DNA of 64,000 nt, from NCBI GenBank assembly GCA_963668645.2, contig CAXXWC010000021.1:1344001-1408000 (forward strand). Reading direction: 5' to 3'. A program made the translations under genes and the position numbers. The notes beneath the pieces are model-generated. The model was not told where the DNA came from, ran no database searches, and was given only the letters and a program-made list of their open reading frames with translations. Positions 1 to 15,000 of the stretch are shown piece by piece. This DNA comes from Desulfobacterales bacterium (GTDB taxonomy: Bacteria > Desulfobacterota > Desulfobacteria > Desulfobacterales > UBA2174). How positions within the stretch are numbered: position 1 is the first letter of the stretch; each line of letters begins with the position of its first letter.

Positions 1-3000
1 TTTTCGACGCTCTGCTCGTCGATGACGACCGTGCCGATTCCGCTGCCGCTCAGGCTGAACTCGGGCGTGGCATCCAGGATGCTGCCATCATCGATGTCAC
101 TATCACCCGAAGGGCTGAATTCGACCTCGATGTAGCCTAAAGTATTGAGCGTTTCGGGGATGATAACCGCATCTGGACCCGGATAGGAGAGCGTGGCAAG
201 AGGCCGCTCGAGGAGATCGGTAAAATCATATTCGACTTCGGCACCGTCCCCGCTGTTGAAGATCAATTCCAGCTTGCCGCCCACCGTCAGAAGCTCGATC
301 TGTTCCGGCGCGTCGAAAAGGAAGAGGATTTTGGCTCGTCCGGACGCCACCTGGGACATGTCGAAATAGAGCTTGGCCGCGATACTCAGGGCGCCATCGC
401 CGAAGTTGAACTTGCCGACCGCCAAGAATTTGCCGGTCGTGTCGATCTTGATCCCCACCTGGGCGTTGAACACCATGATCGAGGTGTAATTGGTGTAAAT
501 TTTCGCACTGCCGGTAAAGGTCATCGGTTCGGTGAAGGCCGCCAGGAAGCCGCCGAGGTTCGGATTTGCCTGCACCGCCAGGTATTGGTTGAACACCTGC
601 AGCTTGACCTGGCTCAGCCAGGTACTGGCATCCACGTCTGAGGCTGAAATGGCGTAGCGCGCATCGCGCAGGTCCTTGGCTTCGTTGGCTTCCGGGATGG
701 CAGTGAAGAAGTCGACACCCGCGACAAAATCGTTGATCATCAGCTGGGCCGCGGCTACCGGCGGCGGCAAGGCGATGGGGATGCCTACCGGAGAACGCGC
801 TTCGATCTGCACGCCGAGCGGACCGAGTTCTGATATGGCAAAGCGGATTGTGCAGCCTATGCCCGACAGTTTGAAACCGCCCTGCACCCCGATGAAGAAA
901 ATTCGATCCTTTACCGGCGTGTCAGCAGGAGCGAGGCTGTCGATCAACTGATTGTCTTCACCGACCTTGAGAATGCCGCCGATCAGGCCTGCATCCAGAT
1001 CACCGCCGAAAACTTTTGCTTTGATGCTGACGCCGATGGAGGCGATATCGATGATGGGGAACTTGCCCTCGAAGAGCATCCCCAAATCGATCTTCACCCC
1101 CTCTATGACGCCGGAAAACTCCGCACCGGGAATTCCGTCGATGGAATCGATGCTGGCCGAAAGGGTCAGGATGAAATCAAGCGGATTTTCGTTGATGTCG
1201 TCCCACTGGATCCCGATTTCCTTGATCTTTATCGGCATCCAACTCGGCCAGCCGACGCTTGCGCCGGTGGCCGATTCCACCCCGAAGAAAACGCCGAATC
1301 CGGCATTGGCCTGGAATTCGCCGTTGCCCAGGAAGGAAAAGTATCGCGCCTCGCCGCTCAGTTTGAGGGAGGCGACCTTCAGTTCGGCGCCAAGTGAGGT
1401 GAAGCTGACCACCGGTTCATCGTCGGCGGCATCGGTGTTCAGGTAAATGTCGACACCCTTGATGGCCAGGAATTGGCCGAATTCGATGCGGAATGTATCC
1501 GCCAGGAACCTGAACCCCTTGATCTGGTTGTTTTCAAATACCAGAGTAGCGCGCAGGGCCTCTGTGTCGGTGGCCTCGTTGACGTCGTCACTGGTGCCGC
1601 TGATGCCGTCACGACCCGGGCTGTAACCGGATACGCGGTCCGAGATGACGGCGTTGATGGGCATGTCCTTAAAAAACTTGGCCCCGCCCGATGCGATGAA
1701 GATCTCGCCGTCGAAATCCAACGCCTCGCCGAAGATGACTTCGAAATTGGAAATCCCCACCCGGATGTCGTCGAACTCGAGGATATTGCCGATTTTTATG
1801 GCCGCATCCTGAGTCGCTCCCGGAGCCGTGTTGGTTCCCTGGCTGACCGTGACCCCGCCAACGCCGGTACCGGGTGCGGTGGTGCACCCATAGCAGATCT
1901 CCGCCGTGCCGAACCTAAAACCGTTCTCATAAACGGTCAGACCCGGGATGGAAGCCTGGGGGCCGGTCCCGTCGGGATCGAAGGGTTCAATCCATCCCGA
2001 AAGTTTGATCTTCGGGAAAGAAATGGATGCACTGGCGATTGTCACGATGGTCTGGGGCAGAAATTCTCCCGGCTCGTCCGGATCTGGATGATCCTCGGGG
2101 TTGTAAGCCGGATCATAGCCGATCTTCACGCCCTGGGCCGTGGCCACGACCACATCGGGCACGGTGAGAACGAAGGAGCTGATATTCAGTCCCCATTTTC
2201 CGGTCAGATCGACCGAACCGCTGCCCTGGAGGAACCCGAGCACGTCCACTGCCAGATCGAAGGTCCCCAGCAGTCCGGTCAGGCTGGTGCTGATTCCGCT
2301 GGACTGCTGCTGGCTTGATTGCTGCCCGTTTGAAGAACCGAATGCCAGCGAAGCGACGTCGGCGCCGATCCCGATGGTCAGAATCAGCTTCATGTCTTTG
2401 AAGCCGATGGCGGTGACCCCAAGGGTCGGGGACTGAATGCTCAAGGGACCGATGGCCACGGCAGTGTTGGCCGAGCGTGTTCCGGATGTGGCGGCCACCA
2501 CGGTGAAGCTTTCGGTCTCCACATTGTTGACGTTGTTGGCCGAATCCTTCCATGCCCCGGCAGTGAATTGGACCTGGACGGTACCGGCACCGAACAGAGC
2601 GGTGCCGTTGTTGGGCTGCAGATCGGTGATGCGATAGCGGTAGGTGGTGCCGTAGAGCAGTTCAGGAATCCCGCTTACCGCGCCGGAGAGCCCGGCGTCT
2701 TTCACGCCGGTGCCGACCAAGGTAAATTCGGGAGCCGAATCAAAAATGGAGGCGGTGTCGAGGGTGGCACCGTCATAAGTGGCGAAGGTGACATCGATGA
2801 AACCACGGGCGTTGAGCAAGGTCAGATCGACCTGAGCGTTCGAGGTGGGATTGGCAAGATTGGCGGTCGGCTTGGGTCCGTCACGGATAGCAAAACTTTC
2901 GATTTCGCCGATGTTCAGGTTGCCGTTGTTGTCGGCAAAACTGCCTGCCTTGATTTCCACCTCCCAGTCACCGAGGGTGAGTTGGGTGATGGCCGTCACT

Positions 3001-6000
3001 GTCAGCGTATAACGGTAAGTGTTGTAGCCCACTTTCTCGGGCGTCCCGCTGACAGGGATGGTCGTCCCTGAAGGACCGGTGAGAACGATTTCCGGCAGGG
3101 CGTCAGTGATGGTGGCCGCATTGATGCCGACGCCGGCCGTATCGTTGAAGGTCACGTCAATGTACTTCTTTGCGTACAGATCGGTCTGATTGACGGCCCC
3201 GCCGTCCAATGGGAAAACCAGATCGGCGGTGGGCAGGCTGGCCACCGGCGTGGCCGGATCGAGCCCGGCATCGACGCCAAAGATGGAAAATCCGTCCACC
3301 GACAGGCTTTGCAGTTGGAATCCGTCCGGATTGCCGATGCTGAATTTGGCATGGCCGCTCACCCCCACCACTTCGGTGCCAGCGATGGTGACGACCAGAC
3401 TGGCGTTGGGGATATCGACCTGGACCCTGCCCGTGGCCAACTTGCGGAAGCTCACCGTGCCGCTGAGATTGAAAACATCAACCACTTCCAGGGTCAGATC
3501 GCCTTTGACCGCGAGGACTTCTGCAGGAGTCGCGAAAGTGACCGCCACCTGGATGGTTTCGGGATTGGATTCGCTGACCGGCTGCTCGTCATCAAAGTTG
3601 GGATTGGGCACATCGAAAGTCTCGTTGACCACCTGCCCGGACTGGTTGATCTCGACGGCGGCGTTGCCTTCCACATCCAAACCGTCCAAGCCGACAAGAG
3701 CGACCCCACCGGTCCCTTCCAGTGCGTAGGACGTTCCGCTGGATGTCTTGAAGAACACCAGTCCGAGTTTGTCGATGGTGGCCATAACGCCGATGGCGTC
3801 CTCAGTCCCTTTGCCAACCCCCACGAAGGCTTCGGCGCTGGCGATCCCTACCAGGATCTTGGTGGTGGTCCCCTCTGTGTGCTTGGAGAAGGAAAAACCA
3901 CCCGAAAGGGTCACCGCTCCGGCCACGTCGAGATCCAGGGTCCCGGCCACTACCGGATCGGCAACACCGGTTTTGAACAGGATATGTACGTCTTCGGTGC
4001 CGCCATCCGGCAGCGGTACGGTGACGTACTCGTCCACCGGCCCATTGGTCTTGTTGACCCGTATCCGCAACGTCCCGCTCAAGGAGAGATCTTCTATGCC
4101 GATGAGCGTAGCGCCGCCGCTGGTATCAATGGCAAAGGAAGAACTCGCCGGGGTATTGGCTGTGGCCGCCTTCTTGATCAGGACCATGCCGACCGTAACG
4201 TCTTCGATGAGCACACCCATGGCGTCCGGATTGATCATGGTGTCGTCCGGATCCTGGGTACTCTCATCCGCGATCTTTGCCGGTCCCACCCCAAAGAAGG
4301 TCTCGACGCCGGCAGCCCCGATCATTATTTTGGTGACCGTTCCGTCTGCCGATGTCGACTTGGAAAAGGCGAAACCACCCTTTAACGAGATGAACTCTTC
4401 CCCCGTATTGCTGTCGAGGATGGCGAAAACCACCGTCCCGGCCAGGGCAAGATCGACATCTTGCTTGAATTTGATCTCCACCGGAATCGTGGACCCGGAA
4501 TTTTGCGGATCCGGGATGTTAAGGACTTCGTTGACCACATACCCGCCACCAAGATCCTGGGTGTACCCGGTGTTGTTCTTGCGCAGCTCGATCGTACCGC
4601 TCAATGAAAGTCCGTCAATCCCCAGCAGGGTGGCACCGCCGGAGGCCGCCAGGGCCATCTTTGATCCGGTGCCAACCGGAGTCGGCGCGCTCGGGTTGGT
4701 GACATCCACTTCCCGGAAAAAGGCAAGTCCGAAATTGACATCATCGACCAGAACACCGGTATCTTCATTGTCGTAAGGCGCTTCACCCGCCCCGAGGAAA
4801 ATCTGGACACCGGCCGCGCCGAGCAGCAGCTTGCTGACCTTGATGGTTCTGCCGTTGCGTGTTTCAGTGTTGACACTGCGCTCGATGGCAAAACCGCCGG
4901 CGACCTCGAAATCCTCAATGCCAACGGTAAGGGCTCCCGAAGCCTGCAGTAAAGAGCCCCTCGTGCCGTCGAAATTCAATGCCAGGCTGTTGTCGTCTCC
5001 AGTGGCGACGGTAAGCGGCGCATCCTTGAAATGGGCCACGGTATCGTTGGCCCCCCCGGACGCCAGGGTGCCTCCGCCCTGGTTGATGTTGACCCAGAAT
5101 TCGCTGACCTTGATTGTAAGGCCGTCTACACCCACAAAGGTGGCTTCACCGACACCGGCGCGCAGACTCGTCCAGCTTCTCAGATCTTTAGCCGTGGAAT
5201 TGGCCGAAACCTTGGGCTTCATCAAGGCCAGGGCCAGGTTGACATCGGCAAGTTGCAGTCCAAGGGCTGTTTCGTTGGGGGTGTCGTTCTCGTCGACGGT
5301 ACCGTCATCGTTGCTGTCGACATAATAGGGGCCGTTGACGCCGACAAAGGCATCCACCCCTGAAGCGCCGATGGTGAGCAGATCGACTTGTACCGTCTCT
5401 AAAGTCGTCCCGTTGGTGACGGTAATGGTCTCGGAACTCTTCTTGAAGGCAAAAGCCCCATCAAGATAGAAGAACCCGAAAATATCCAGCGTCACATGGC
5501 CTGAAGCTTCGAGCAAGGCACCTTTGGTCCCGTCGAAGTTCAGGGAAACGGACTCGCCGCCGGTCTGGATGGAAAGCGGAGTGGCTTTGAAGTCAGCCAC
5601 CGAGGTGTTGGCAGTACCGTCTGCGGCGGTTCCACCGCTCTTGTTGATGTTCACCCAGAAATCACTCACCCCGATGGTGAGGCCTTCAACGCCTACGAAG
5701 GCAGCTTCGCCGACACCGGCGCGCAGGCTGATCCAGCTTCTATTATCTGCAGGAGTGCTCTGGCCGGCGATTGTCTTGGGCTTCATGATGGCCAGGGCAA
5801 AATCGACATCTCCCAGGACCAGCCCCATTGCCGTATCATTGGGCGTGTCGCTCTCGTCGATGATCCCATCGCCGTTGCTGTCGGTGTAATATGGGCCGTT
5901 GACACCGGCAAAAGCGTTCACACCGGAAGCCCCGAGGGTGAGTAGGTCGACCTGTACCGATTCTAAGGCGCTGCCGTTGGCCACCGAGATGGTCGCCGTG

Positions 6001-9000
6001 CTCTTCTTGAAAGCGAAGCTGCCGTCCACGTAGAAGAACCCGAACACATCCAGCGTCAGTTCCGTCATCACCGCCAGCAGCACGCCCTCGTCACCATCGA
6101 TGACCAGGGTCACCGGCGCGCTCGACGGGCCGGTCGATATCTCGCGCCCCGTTGCTGCGCCGTCGTTCGGATTGCTCTCGGTATCTTTAAAATCCAGCAC
6201 CTTGTTCGGCGCCGTGGTCGTGTCGCTGGTCTTGTTCACCTGCACCGAAAGCGAGCTGATCTCGGCCGCCAACCCTTCGATGCCCGTCAAACCCGCACTG
6301 CCCACATCCGCTTGCAGCGCCATGTAGTTGATCGCAGGTGTGGCAGAACCCGCCGCAACCGGCGTGCTCACCATCACCATGGCAAAGTTGACGTCCTCCA
6401 GCGCAAATCCGATCCCGCCGACCCCGGCAAACGCGCTGTCCACATGACCGCCCACCTGCATGTACTTCACGTTGGCCAGCGTCGTGGTGTCTACCGCGCC
6501 CGTGCTCGCATCGGTCAGAACAAAGCTGTCGGTCGCCTGCTTGAACGCCAGGCTCCCATCCAACTGCACGAACCCGAACACATCCAGCGTCAGTTCCGTC
6601 ATCACCGCCAGCAGCACGCCCTCGTCACCATCGATGACCAGGGTCACCGGATCGCTCGACGGACCCGTCGATATCTCTCGTCCACTGGCTGCACTGTCGT
6701 TGGGATTGCTCTCGGTATCTTTAAAATCCAGCACCTTGTTCGGCGCCGTGGTCGTGTCGCTGGTCTTGTTCACCTGCACCGAAAGCGAGCTGATCTGCGC
6801 CGCCAACCCTTCGATGCCCGTCAAACCCGCACTGCCCACATCCGCTTGCAGCGCCATGTAGTTGATCGCAGGTGTGGCAGAACCCGCCGCAACCGGCGTG
6901 CTCACCATCACCATGGCAAAGTTGACGTCCTCCAGCGCAAATCCGATCCCGCCGACCCCGGCAAACGCGCTGTCCACACGACCGCCCACCTGCATGTACT
7001 TCACGTTGGCCAGCGTCGTGGTGTCTACCGTGCCCGTGCTCGCATCGGTCAGAACAAAGCTGTCGGTCGCCTGCTTGAACGCCAGGCTCCCATCCAACTG
7101 CACGAACCCGAACACATCCAGCGTCAGTTCCGTCATCACCGCCAGCAGCACGCCCTCGTCACCATCGATGACCAGGGTCACCGGCGCGCTCGACGGGCCG
7201 GTCGATATCTCGCGCCCCGTTGCTGCGCCGTCGTTCGGGTTGCTGTCGGTATCTTTAAAATCCAGCACCTTGTTCGGCGCCGTGGTCGTGTCGCTGGTCT
7301 TGTTCACCTGCACCGAAAGCGAGCTGATCTGCGCCGCCAACCCTTCGATGCCCGTCAAACCCGCACTGCCCACATCCGCTTGCAGCGCCATGTAGTTGAT
7401 CGCAGGTGTGGCAGAACCCGCCGCAACCGGCGTGCTCACCATCACCATGGCAAAGTTGACGTCCTCCAGCGCAAATCCGATCCCGCCGACCCCGGCAAAC
7501 GCGCTGTCCACATGACCGCCCACCTGCATGTACTTCACGTTGGCCAGCGTCGTGGTGTCTACCGCGCCCGTGCTCGCATCGGTCAGAACAAAGCTGTCGG
7601 TCGCCTGCTTGAACGCCAGGCTCCCATCCAACTGCACGAACCCGAACACATCCAGCGTCAGTTCCGTCATCACCGCCAGCAGCACGCCCTCGTCACCATC
7701 GATGACCAGGGTCACCGGATCGCTCGACGGACCCGTCGATATCTCTCGTCCACTGGCTGCACTGTCGTTGGGATTGCTCTCGGTATCTTTAAAATCCAGC
7801 ACCTTGTTCGGCGCCGTGGTCGTGTCGCTGGTCTTGTTCACCTGCACCGAAAGCGAGCTGATCTCGGCCGCCAACCCTTCGATGCCCGTCAAACCCGCAC
7901 TGCCCACATCCGCTTGCAGCGCCATGTAGTTGATCGCCGGTGTGGCAGAACCCGCCGCAACCGGCGTGCTCACCATCACCATGGCAAAGTTGACGTCCTC
8001 CAGCGCAAATCCGATCCCGCCGACCCCGGCAAACGCGCTGTCCACATGACCGCCCACCTGCATGTACTTCACGTTGGCCAGCGTCGTGGTGTCTACCGCG
8101 CCCGTGCTCGCATCGGTCAGAACAAAGCTGTCGGTCGCCTGCTTGAACGCCAGGCTCCCATCCAACTGCACGAACCCGAACACATCCAGCGTCAGTTCCG
8201 TCATCACCGCCAGCAGCACGCCCTCGTCACCATCGATGACCAGGGTCACCGGATCGCTCGACGGACCCGTCGATATCTCTCGTCCACTGGCTGCACTGTC
8301 GTTGGGATTGCTCTCGGTATCTTTAAAATCCAGCACCTTGTTCGGCGCCGTGGTCGTGTCGCTGGTCTTGTTCACCTGCACCGAAAGCGAGCTGATCTCG
8401 GCCGCCAACCCTTCGATGCCCGTCAAACCCGCACTGCCCACATCCGCTTGCAGCGCCATGTAGTTGATCGCCGGTGTGGCAGAACCCGCCGCAACCGGCG
8501 TGCTCACCATCACCATGGCAAAGTTGACGTCCTCCAGCGCAAATCCGATCCCGCCGACCCCGGCAAACGCGCTGTCCACATGACCGCCCACCTGCATGTA
8601 CTTCACGTTGGCCAGCGTCGTGGTGTCTACCGCGCCCGTGCTCGCATCGGTCAGAACAAAGCTGTCGGTCGCCTGCTTGAACGCCAGGCTCCCATCCAAC
8701 TGCACGAACCCGAACACATCCAGCGTCAGTTCCGTCATCACCGCCAGCAGCACGCCCTCGTCACCATCGATGACCAGGGTCACCGGCGCGCTCGACGGGC
8801 CCGTGGAGATCTCGGGGCCACTGGCTGCGCCGTCGTTCGGGTTGCTGTCGGTATCTTTAAAATCCAGCACCTTGTTCGGCGCCGTGGTCGTGTCGCTGGT
8901 CTTGTTCACCTGCACCGAAAGCGAGCTGATCTCGGCCGCCAACCCTTCGATGCCCGTCAAACCCGCACTGCCCACATCCGCTTGCAGCGCCATGTAGTTG

Positions 9001-12000
9001 ATCGCAGGTGTGGCAGAACCCGCCGCAACCGGCGTGCTCACCATCACCATGGCAAAGTTGACGTCCTCCAGCGCAAACCCGATCCCGCCGACCCCGGCAA
9101 ACGCGCTGTCCACATGACCGCCCACCTGCATGTACTTCACGTCGGCCAGCGTCGTGGTGTCTACCGTGCCCGTGCTCGCATCGGTCAGAACAAAGCTGTC
9201 GGTCGCCTGCTTGAACGCCAGGCTCCCATCCAACTGCACGAACCCGAACACATCCAGCGTCAGTTCCGTCATCACCGCCAGCAGCACGCCCTCGTCACCA
9301 TCGATGATGAGGGTCACCGGCGCGCTCGACGGGCCGGTCGATATCTCTCGTCCACTGGCTGCATTGTCGTTGGGGTTGCTGTCGGTATCTTTAAAATCCA
9401 GCACCTTGTTCGGCGCCGTGGTCGTGTCGCTGGTCTTGTTCACCTGCACCGAAAGCGAGCTGATCTGCGCCGCCAACCCTTCGATGCCCGTCAAACCCGC
9501 ACTGCCCACATCCGCTTGCAGCGCCATGTAGTTGATCGCCGGTGTGGCAGAACCCGCCGCCACCGGCGTGCTCACCATCACCATGGCAAAGTTGACGTCC
9601 TCCAGCGCAAATCCGATCCCGCCGACCCCGGCAAACGCGCTGTCCACATGACCGCCGACCTGCATGTACTTCACGTTGGCCAGCGTCGTGGTGTCTACCG
9701 CACCCGTGCTCGCATCGATCAGAACAAAGCTGTCGGTCGCCTGCTTGAACGCCAGGCTCCCATCCAACTGCACAAACCCGAACACATCCAGCGTCAGTTC
9801 CGTCATCACCGCCAGCAGCACGCCCTCGTCACCATCGATGATGAGGGTCACCGGATCGCTCGACGGGCCGGTCGATATCTCTCGTCCACTGGCTGCACTG
9901 TCGTTGGGATTGCTCTCGGTATCTTTAAAATCCAGCACCTTGTTCGGCGCCGTGGTCGTGTCGCTGGTCTTGTTCACCTGCACCGAAAGCGAGCTGATCT
10001 GCGCCGCCAACCCTTCGATGCCCGTCAAACCCGCACTGCCCACATCCGCTTGCAGCGCCATGTAGTTGATCGCAGGTGTGGCCGAACCCGCCGCCACCGG
10101 CGTGCTCACCATCACCATGGCAAAGTTGACGTCCTCCAGCGCAAATCCGATCCCGCCGACCCCGGCAAACGCGCTGTCCACATGACCGCCCACCTGCATG
10201 TACTTCACGTTGGCCAGCGTCGTGGTGTCTACCGCACCCGTGCTCGCATCGATCAGAACAAAGCTGTCGGTCGCCTGCTTGAACGCCAGGCTCCCATCCA
10301 ACTGCACGAACCCGAACACATCCAGCGTCAGTTCCGTCATCACCGCCAGCAGCACGCCCTCGTCACCATCGATGACCAGGGTCACCGGCGCGCTCGACGG
10401 GCCGGTCGATATCTCGCGCCCCGTTGCTGCGCCGTCGTTCGGGTTGCTGTCGGTATCTTTAAAATCCAGCACCTTGTTCGGCGCCGTGGTCGTGTCGCTG
10501 GTCTTGTTCACCTGCACCGAAAGCGAGCTGATCTCGGCCGCCAACCCTTCGATGCCCGTCAAACCCGCACTGCCCACATCCGCTTGCAGCGCCATGTAGT
10601 TGATCGCCGGTGTGGCAGAACCCGCCGCAACCGGCGTGCTCACCATCACCATGGCAAAGTTGACGTCCTCCAGCGCAAATCCGATCCCGCCGACCCCGGC
10701 AAACGCGCTGTCCACATGACCGCCGACCTGCATGTACTTCACGTTGGCCAGCGTCGTGGTGTCTACCGCACCCGTGCTCGCATCGATCAGAACAAAGCTG
10801 TCGGTCGCCTGCTTGAACGCCAGGCTCCCATCCAACTGCACAAACCCGAACACATCCAGCGTCAGTTCCGTCATCACCGCCAGCAGCACGCCCTCGTCAC
10901 CATCGATGATGAGGGTCACCGGATCGCTCGACGGACCCGTCGATATCTCTCGTCCACTGGCTGCACTGTCGTTGGGATTGCTCTCGGTATCTTTAAAATC
11001 CAGCACCTTGTTCGGCGCCGTGGTCGTGTCGCTGGTCTTGTTCACCTGCACCGAAAGCGAGCTGATCTCGGCCGCCAACCCTTCGATGCCCGTCAAACCC
11101 GCACTGCCCACATCCGCTTGCAGCGCCATGTAGTTGATCGCCGGTGTGGCAGAACCCGCCGCAACCGGCGTGCTCACCATCACCATGGCAAAGTTGACGT
11201 CCTCCAGCGCAAATCCGATCCCGCCGACCCCGGCAAACGCGCTGTCCACATGACCGCCGACCTGCATGTACTTCACGTTGGCCAGCGTCGTGGTGTCTAC
11301 CGCACCCGTGCTCGCATCGATCAGAACAAAGCTGTCGGTCGCCTGCTTGAACGCCAGGCTCCCATCCAACTGCACAAACCCGAACACATCCAGCGTCAGT
11401 TCCGTCATCACCGCCAGCAGCACGCCCTCGTCACCATCGATGATGAGGGTCACCGGATCGCTCGACGGACCCGTCGATATCTCTCGTCCACTGGCTGCAC
11501 TGTCGTTGGGATTGCTCTCGGTATCTTTAAAATCCAGCACCTTGTTCGGCGCCGTGGTCGTGTCGCTGGTCTTGTTCACCTGCACCGAAAGCGAGCTGAT
11601 CTGCGCCGCCAACCCTTCGATGCCCGTCAAACCCGCACTGCCCACATCCGCTTGCAGCGCCATGTAGTTGATCGCAGGTGTGGCCGAACCCGCCGCAACC
11701 GGCGTGCTCACCATCACCATGGCAAAGTTGACGTCCTCCAGCGCAAATCCGATCCCGCCGACCCCGGCAAACGCGCTGTCCACATGACCGCCCACCTGCA
11801 TGTACTTCACGTTGGCCAGCGTCGTGGTGTCTACCGCGCCCGTGCTCGCATCGGTCAGAACAAAGCTGTCGGTCGCCTGCTTGAACGCCAGGCTCCCATC
11901 CAACTGCACGAACCCGAACACATCCAGCGTCAGTTCCGTCATCACCGCCAGCAGCACGCCCTCGTCACCATCGATGACCAGGGTCACCGGCGCGCTCGAC

Positions 12001-15000
12001 GGACCCGTGGAGATCTCGCGGCCACTGGCTGCGCCGTCGTTCGGGTTGCTGTCGGTATCTTTAAAATCCAGCACCTTGTTCGGCGCCGTGGTCGTGTCGC
12101 TGGTCTTGTTCACCTGCACCGAAAGCGAGCTGATCTCGGCCGCCAACCCTTCGATGCCCGTCAACCCCGCACTGCCCACATCCGCTTGCAGCGCCATGTA
12201 GTTGATCGCAGGTGTGGCAGAACCCGCCGCAACCGGCGTGCTCACCATCACCATGGCAAAGTTGACGTCCTCCAGCGCAAATCCGATCCCGCCGACCCCG
12301 GCAAACGCGCTGTCCACATGACCGCCCACCTGCATGTACTTCACGTCGGCCAGCGTCGTGGTGTCTACCGTGCCCGTGCTCGCATCGGTCAGAACAAAGC
12401 TGTCGGTCGCCTGCTTGAACGCCAGGCTCCCATCCAACTGCACGAACCCGAACACATCCAGCGTCAGTTCCGTCATCACCGCCAGCAGCACGCCCTCGTC
12501 ACCATCGATGATGAGGGTCACCGGCGCGCTCGACGGGCCGGTCGATATCTCTCGTCCACTGGCTGCATTGTCGTTGGGGTTGCTGTCGGTATCTTTAAAA
12601 TCCAGCACCTTGTTCGGCGCCGTGGTCGTGTCGCTGGTCTTGTTCACCTGCACCGAAAGCGAGCTGATCTGCGCCGCCAACCCTTCGATGCCCGTCAAAC
12701 CCGCACTGCCCACATCCGCTTGCAGCGCCATGTAGTTGATCGCCGGTGTGGCAGAACCCGCCGCCACCGGCGTGCTCACCATCACCATGGCAAAGTTGAC
12801 GTCCTCCAGCGCAAATCCGATCCCGCCGACCCCGGCAAACGCGCTGTCCACATGACCGCCCACCTGCATGTACTTCACGTCGGCCAGCGTCGTGGTGTCT
12901 ACCGCGCCCGTGCTCGCATCGGTCAGAACAAAGCTGTCGGTCGCCTGCTTGAACGCCAGGCTCCCATCCAACTGCACGAACCCGAACACATCCAGCGTCA
13001 GTTCCGTCATCACCGCCAGCAGCACGCCCTCGTCACCATCGATGATGAGGGTCACCGGCGCGCTCGACGGGCCGGTCGATATCTCTCGTCCACTGGCTGC
13101 ATTGTCGTTGGGGTTGCTGTCGGTATCTTTAAAATCCAGCACCTTGTTCGGCGCCGTGGTCGTGTCGCTGGTCTTGTTCACCTGCACCGAAAGCGAGCTG
13201 ATCTGCGCCGCCAACCCTTCGATGCCCGTCAAACCCGCACTGCCCACATCCGCTTGCAGCGCCATGTAGTTGATCGCCGGTGTGGCAGAACCCGCCGCCA
13301 CCGGCGTGCTCACCATCACCATGGCAAAGTTGACGTCCTCCAGCGCAAATCCGATCCCGCCGACCCCGGCAAACGCGCTGTCCACATGACCGCCGACCTG
13401 CATGTACTTCACGTTGGCCAGCGTCGTGGTGTCTACCGCACCCGTGCTCGCATCGATCAGAACAAAGCTGTCGGTCGCCTGCTTGAACGCCAGGCTCCCA
13501 TCCAACTGCACAAACCCGAACACATCCAGCGTCAGTTCCGTCATCACCGCCAGCAGCACGCCCTCGTCACCATCGATGATGAGGGTCACCGGATCGCTCG
13601 ACGGGCCGGTCGATATCTCTCGTCCACTGGCTGCACTGTCGTTGGGATTGCTCTCGGTATCTTTAAAATCCAGCACCTTGTTCGGCGCCGTGGTCGTGTC
13701 GCTGGTCTTGTTCACCTGCACCGAAAGCGAGCTGATCTCGGCCGCCAACCCTTCGATGCCCGTCAAACCCGCACTGCCCACATCCGCTTGCAGCGCCATG
13801 TAGTTGATCGCAGGTGTGGCAGAACCCGCCGCAACCGGCGTGCTCACCATCACCATGGCAAAGTTGACGTCCTCCAGCGCAAATCCGATCCCGCCGACCC
13901 CGGCAAACGCGCTGTCCACATGACCGCCCACCTGCATGTACTTCACGTTGGCCAGCGTCGTGGTGTCTACCGCGCCCGTGCTCGCATCGGTCAGAACAAA
14001 GCTGTCGGTCGCCTGCTTGAACGCCAGGCTCCCATCCAACTGCACAAACCCGAACACATCCAGCGTCAGTTCCGTCATCACCGCCAGCAGCACGCCCTCG
14101 TCACCATCGATGACCAGGGTCACCGGCGCGCTCGACGGGCCGGTCGATATCTCGCGCCCCGTTGCTGCGCCGTCGTTCGGGTTGCTGTCGGTATCTTTAA
14201 AATCCAGCACCTTGTTCAGCGCCGTGGTCGTGTCGCTGGTCTTGTTCACCTGCACCGAAAGCGAGCTGATCTGCGCCGCCAACCCTTCGATGCCCGTCAA
14301 ACCCGCACTGCCCACATCCGCTTGCAGCGCCATGTAGTTGATCGCAGGTGTGGCAGAACCCGCCGCAACCGGCGTGCTCACCATCACCATGGCAAAGTTG
14401 ACGTCCTCCAGCGCAAATCCGATCCCGCCGACCCCGGCAAACGCGCTGTCCACATGACCGCCCACCTGCATGTACTTCACGTTGGCCAGCGTCGTGGTGT
14501 CTACCGCGCCCGTGCTCGCATCGGTCAGAACAAAGCTGTCGGTCGCCTGCTTGAACGCCAGGCTCCCATCCAACTGCACGAACCCGAACACATCCAGCGT
14601 CAGTTCCGTCATCACCGCCAGCAGCACGCCCTCGTCACCATCGATGACCAGGGTCACCGGCGCGCTCGACGGACCCGTGGAGATCTCGCGGCCACTGGCT
14701 GCGCCGTCGTTCGGGTTGCTGTCGGTATCTTTAAAATCCAGCACCTTGTTCGGCGCCGTGGTCGTGTCGCTGGTCTTGTTCACCTGCACCGAAAGCGAGC
14801 TGATCTGCGCCGCCAACCCTTCGATACCCGTCAACCCCGCACTGCCCACATCCGCTTGCAGCGCCATGTAGTTGATCGCAGGTGTGGCAGAACCCGCCGC
14901 AACCGGCGTGCTCACCATCACCATGGCAAAGTTGACGTCCTCCAGCGCAAACCCGATCCCGCCAACCCCGGCAAAGGCGCTGTCCACATGACCGCCCACC

